Origin: Iphione sp. A-MEVVRFRX5
Lineage: Eukaryota
Direction: 5' to 3'
Assembly (NCBI GenBank): GCA_976226885.1
Contig: OZ320313.1
Coordinates: forward strand, 156,364,001-156,428,000
DNA length: 64,000 bases
Shown here in pieces: positions 59,690 to 64,000 of this stretch (positions within the stretch are counted from its first letter, which is position 1; every line of letters starts with the position of its first letter). The notes under the pieces were generated by a model. That model saw only the letters and a program-made list of their open reading frames with translations. It did no database searches and had not been told where the DNA came from. The position numbers and the translations under genes are program-made.

Positions 59690-60124
59690 TGTAACGTGAC
59701 TAACGTAGAGAGAAATGACAAGTCAACGGACCGAGCAAAAATAATCTTGAGAAAAAGTAGAATATAAGTTTCACTCCAATATACACTAATTCGTTGTGCA
59801 TGGAATGGTCTCTCTCGTATGTGCAAAGAGAAAGGGTCTGTTTATTCCAGAAAACATGGGTTTATATATGACAGTGTTACATAAGAGTTGCTAAAAATAG
59901 GATGTCTAGACACCTGCATATGCGCAGCAAATAAACAGTCCGCGAAGTACCCCAACTACGCAGCACCACAATCCGTGAGATACCTCTACTACGCAATACC
60001 TCTATTGGTCCGGAAGTCGTCACGGATCGCACCCTATCCCGGATCGCGGATTCCGTTGCGGACTATTCTCACGGACCGACCTTCTCTCTAGCACTATACA
60101 CTCTTATGACATGCCTACGTTACA
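59690..60124 (-). repeat. Element 2 3' LTR (435 bp)
   Basis: Terminal inverted repeat TGTAACGT...ACGTTACA. On the minus strand: CCAAT (60008-60004), TATATAAA (59868-59861), AATAAA (59846-59841). Confidence 0.85.
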
Positions 60125-60138
60125 TTCTCCCCTTCTTT
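60125..60138 (-). other. Polypurine tract AAAGAAGGGGAGAA
   Basis: Immediately precedes TGTAAC of the LTR. Confidence 0.85.
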
Positions 60139-60868
60139 AAGAGGGAAACTTATTCGCTTTTTACTGAAATATCTTAAATTATGAGTATTACTTTTTATCT
60201 TATTCTCTATATAAATGATTTTTCGGGTACGAGATGTACTTCTCGTCTAAAAAAGTTTTTCTTTGGACTATTCGAAGTCCTTACGGATTATCTATAATCT
60301 TATCTTTCTTTCTGTTTCGATTACTGGAAAGGTGAAACAAGATTCTATAGATAAAATTCGATATACTTTATTCTTTCTCCTTAAGGGAGTTAAAATATAT
60401 TTTTCTTTTCTTTTGAACACATGGCATCTCAACATACATCAATACAATCTTCACGGATCATGTCAAGAAAATAAAAGATATGGAAACGGATCGACCTTTC
60501 ACGAACTCGTTACTTAGTGGTCTGGTAAAACTGAAATTCGAAATAATGTCTTTTTGTATCATCACAGTTCGTCTTTTACCTTGAAAAAGGCATTCATAAA
60601 TAGTAATATCAAAAATATGCGAGCAATATTCATAGTAAAATCATCATGCGCTTCCGGTTTAGTTCTTTTTCGCGCGGAAAGTCATTTCCGGTTCAGTTCT
60701 TGCGCTACTGTCACGTTGTTGGACTATACTTTTTGGGACGATAAATTATGGATTAAGATCTCTGAAAAGGAATTACAAACAGCATTTGGCATTCACAAAT
60801 AATCAAGGACGGCATTAGGCATGAATGGACTAGAAATTATCACTACTTTAGTCCTTCTCAACTGGATT

Positions 60869-62422
60869 TCACTCGCGGGGCGCCCAAGTGCCCCACGTAT
60901 GCGTGTCGAGGACGGGGTGCGTCTCCTCCCGGATCCTCGCCTGCAACGTGTTGTCTTGCCGTCGTCTGGTGTCTCGAGCAAGGACCAGCTGACCCTCTAT
61001 GTTCGTGGGCGACATCCCTTGAAACGCAGCTTGGACTTGAAGAGTGGAGATCTGGTCGACAGTAATGTTGTGCCTCTGGAACTCAGAATTGTCGCGCCAG
61101 AATTCAGGGTTGGAGGGCTTTCTTGCACCGGGCAGTATCAGGTAGGGCCGGTCCCGCAACGGACCGAACGGATCGCCAGGTGCCAGCACTCCATCCTTTA
61201 TGGCCTCCATCGTTGCTGCCGACAGAGACACCAGATACTTTTGCTCAGGTGTGAGCACGTCCCAGTTGACTGGCGGCCATGTGATGTCGACCCTCAGAGG
61301 TACCGGATTCTGAGGAGCCGTCCTGGCCGTTCCACTAAATGGGTATACCGTCCCATCAGCTACTTCAGTCAGCCACCGGTTGAAAGCCGAACCGGACTCG
61401 TTGTCTGGTCGAGGTCGCTCTGGTGGTGGAATCGCCTTCTGTCCCGTCTTTTCTTTCTTCTTGCCCTTGCTTGCTATCACCTTGCCGCCTACGGATTTCC
61501 TCGCAGTGTTCCTCGGTGGTTGCGGCTGCTGAGGAGGCTGGAACTGCACGTCCTCCTCAATCTGTTTGTCCCGTCTGCGTAGCATCCGTTTCCCGCTGGC
61601 TTGATCTTGCTGCTCCAGTCTCTGCTCGTCAGAACTGGTAGTCTGCTCGACATGATCGTCCTCTGTAGCCGTTCCCGTCTCGTCTCGATCTTGCTTTTTC
61701 CCAGCCTCGATCCCCTCTTCCAAGATACCAGAAGAGATCTCGACTAGAGTTTTAGGAGCGTCCGCAATCAGCTTCTCCACTTCCTCGTCCATGGATGGGG
61801 TAGTGCTTATCATGCTGATATCACTAATACCGCTAATGTTCAAATGTTCAGGCAAATCCGTCACACACTCTTCTGTCGGCTTTTGAAGTTTCTTGACCGG
61901 CAGATCAATCGATTCCTCTGGTAATCGACGTTTCTTGGGTGGGAGTGTGGGTTCTGGGGTGACTTCAGTGGAACTCGGCCGTGACGGTTCCTCAGCCTTG
62001 CTCCCGGACGACCCCGGATCACCAGCTACTTCAGGGGATACCATCACTGCACGCCCTTTCAGTGAGACGATCTCCCCTCCTCGCTGTCTCCAAGCACGGA
62101 CCAGGTTCCGCGCTTCGATGGCTGGCTCAGACTCGCTGTCAAAATCATCCGGAATGTCCCAGCGAAAGTTGTTAAGCGCGAAGAGGTGGTGAAACTTCTT
62201 CGCGAGGAAGTAATTCTGGCTTGCATGCCGGCTTCGTACATGATCCGTCCAGGATTTTAACTCGTGAGCGCACTTCTTGCCTGGACACCACGGACAGATC
62301 ATCTTCAGTAATCGTCCACTCTTAGTCATCCCGTGCACTTTAGCTTGATGCTTGTTAAGGGCGCTCTGCCCTTTTACTGTGAGTTGACACTGATCACATG
62401 TGAGGAGCGGAGGATTTGCCAT
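60869..62422 (-). CDS. 517-aa tandem C2H2 zinc-finger protein (ORF3-like): two fingers, acidic/basic disordered middle, ordered C-terminal domain
   Basis: CDQC-x12-H-x4-H and CPWC-x14-H-x4-H at 62398-62225; ATG start; basic patches (PPKKRR, KGKKKEK) that could act as NLS. Confidence 0.85.
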   Translation of the reverse strand: MANPPLLTCDQCQLTVKGQSALNKHQAKVHGMTKSGRLLKMICPWCPGKKCAHELKSWTDHVRSRHASQNYFLAKKFHHLFALNNFRWDIPDDFDSESEPAIEARNLVRAWRQRGGEIVSLKGRAVMVSPEVAGDPGSSGSKAEEPSRPSSTEVTPEPTLPPKKRRLPEESIDLPVKKLQKPTEECVTDLPEHLNISGISDISMISTTPSMDEEVEKLIADAPKTLVEISSGILEEGIEAGKKQDRDETGTATEDDHVEQTTSSDEQRLEQQDQASGKRMLRRRDKQIEEDVQFQPPQQPQPPRNTARKSVGGKVIASKGKKKEKTGQKAIPPPERPRPDNESGSAFNRWLTEVADGTVYPFSGTARTAPQNPVPLRVDITWPPVNWDVLTPEQKYLVSLSAATMEAIKDGVLAPGDPFGPLRDRPYLILPGARKPSNPEFWRDNSEFQRHNITVDQISTLQVQAAFQGMSPTNIEGQLVLARDTRRRQDNTLQARIREETHPVLDTHTWGTWAPRE

Positions 62423-62644
62423 CTTGTCTGCTTGCCTGTCTTCGAAGAACAGACTGAGACACCGAGGATGACGAAATAATATACTGTGCCGTGACGTATG
62501 CCGGGACGGATCACGCGAGATGGTCCCGGCGCGGGCAATTCAAACTTTTGCCGCGGCGCCCCCCATGCCGGGTAACATTATGCAACTTCAGGTAACACCC
62601 TTATCGTGTCAAGTTTCATTGCACATTTCGGATCCCAGAATTCA

Positions 62645-62652
62645 TATAAAAG
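62645..62652 (+). promoter_or_regulatory. TATA box TATAAAAG of the antisense gene
   Basis: Consensus match ~150 nt upstream of the GTGAGT donor at 62799. Confidence 0.55.
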
Positions 62653-62796
62653 GGTCCGTATTCAATTCTTCGCCATATCTCCTCGTTTTGCTGCCAAAGG
62701 AACTGTTGCCGCTGCCTTTGCAGTCTTCAAAGTTTACTTGTATTTCTTCTCGCGGACACGCCCATCTCCACGACGGACCGCGCCAGCTACCTTAGG

Positions 62797-63825
62797 ATGT
62801 GAGTATGGTTTTTCTTCTCGTTTCCTATTTCTTTTTCAGGTTTTTATATATGAGTGATACCTGTTCATTTTATCCTGTAATTTCTTCTTCAAATTTAGAC
62901 TTATTTCCGTCCGTTTTTTTTTTTTTGTAGGGCTTCTCCTCTTCGAAGCATTATTGCTACCCTGACAGACTCAGGTATCATAGTCTGCTATAGGGGTCCC
63001 ACTTTACAGATGCATCGTCTATTGGGCCCAGAAATCCAAGTGAACTGGGTGGATGCCGGAATGTCCATTTCAGCACGAACACACAGATCAGGTGTTCCAG
63101 ATCGGAGTCCACCCCTCACGTTCACGATTCCTGAGATGACAGTCCGTCCCATTCGACGCGAGGGTGCCTTGATGGTTACAGTAGTGGGAAGGCGAGGTTT
63201 ACCTGAGGCCAGGCAGACGTATCTTCTGGCTCCAGAAGATATTGTGCTCGAGGGGAGGGTATATACCCTCTCTCTCCACTGTTGCCTGCTGCCGCCTATT
63301 CATGTCATTGACCACAACAACAATACTCCACCTCCTTCTCCCAACGAGAATGAGGCTGTAGCTGCTAATGCAGGAGTGGTTTCAGCAGTTCCACCCCCTC
63401 GGAGAATTCAACTCCACGACAACGGATCCTTTATCATATGGGTTCCGACCATGTATGATAATCTGGGGAGGGAGATGTTGTCGCTGCCCCCTCCTAATGA
63501 AAATTCCGTTTTCACTATTCTTCATCCGGCGGACCCTCAGGCTCAGCCAGGGGCCCCAGGGGAGGATGATATTGTTAATATGGACCTAATGTCTCCACAA
63601 GACTGCTTCGACAGGGTTCATCCGGACGGACCAGAAGCATACAATGCCCTTCTTACTCTGGCCAATGCGCTGCCACCGTCACCCTCAGCTGTTCTGGACG
63701 CATCTCTAGAGACGATTCCTGAGGTTGAATTCCACGGTCCGGCGCCAACCGTCACCATAGATCCTGAAGACCCACTTGAGGCTGTGGAGTCTTCAGTTCC
63801 ATCGTCTACTGGCTTGACAAGGTAG
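62797..63825 (+). CDS. Spliced antisense gene of unknown function, join(62797..62798,62931..63825), 298 aa
   Basis: Donor AT|GTGAGT, 132-nt intron, T-run acceptor ttttttttgtAG|G. Splicing gives aggATGG. The frame is open from 62932 into the 271-aa ORF 63010-63825. Confidence 0.7.
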
Positions 63826-64000
63826 AATTCTGCAGAGGGTGATCAGACCTCTTTTCTTTTCTGCTTTATCAAATTCTTCATCCAACGTGGTAACGTTTCA
63901 CCTCTATATTCAAAAATTCGATTCCTGTGCACTAATACCTTCTGTCCGGATTTAGTCTTCTGTAATATATGTCTTCCTAGATCCAATTGTTTAACATGTA

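Larger units (their letters stand above)
59690..64000 (-). mobile_element. 3' part of a second, different LTR retrotransposon (element 2); gag/pol presumably beyond the window
   Basis: LTR-like unit with an adjacent PPT, and an internal zinc-finger ORF resembling the element 1 module. No RT in the window, so the Gypsy assignment is inferred. Confidence 0.75.

Noticed and set aside
62975-63009. Possible second intron CAG|GTATCA...tacAG|ATG
   Set aside because: 35 nt is too short for a typical animal intron, and the frame is open through it.
1-64000. CRISPR arrays, rRNA, tRNA genes, prokaryotic operons
   Set aside because: None seen; the sequence is eukaryotic with spliceosomal introns, and the only tRNA-like sequence is the PBS.

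Overview
Animal genomic DNA; the nAChR subtype and repeat content suggest a lophotrochozoan such as a mollusc or annelid, but that is inference. There is one 132-nt N gap. Left end: a minus-strand nicotinic acetylcholine receptor alpha-type subunit gene with exons 1079-1614, 2018-2127 and 3934-3978, plus two paralogous, frame-incompatible versions of the N-terminal helix exon (4446-4621 and 6290-6426). The gene continues off the left edge, and its signal-peptide exon was not located with confidence. Middle (10-48 kb): mostly non-coding, with a MITE/non-autonomous DNA transposon family (3 copies), an RTE LINE 3' remnant, and mini- and microsatellites. Right end: two different Ty3/Gypsy-type LTR retrotransposons in the same (minus) orientation. 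Element 1 (48076-57185) is full length: apparently identical 261-bp LTRs, ATAG target-site duplication (TSD), tRNA-Leu primer-binding site (PBS), polypurine tract (PPT), gag, and a GGGAAAC -1 frameshift. Its pol runs without a stop into a ~905-aa tandem C2H2 zinc-finger/low-complexity module that also has its own splice acceptor and ATG. Element 2 (59690 to beyond 64000) shows a 3' LTR and PPT, a stand-alone 517-aa ORF with a similar two-finger N-terminus in the env position, and a divergent antisense gene whose ATG is created only by splicing. The best candidate for an undescribed system is this set of retrotransposon accessory genes (zinc-finger ORF3 plus spliced antisense gene). All calls were made by eye, with no database searches.
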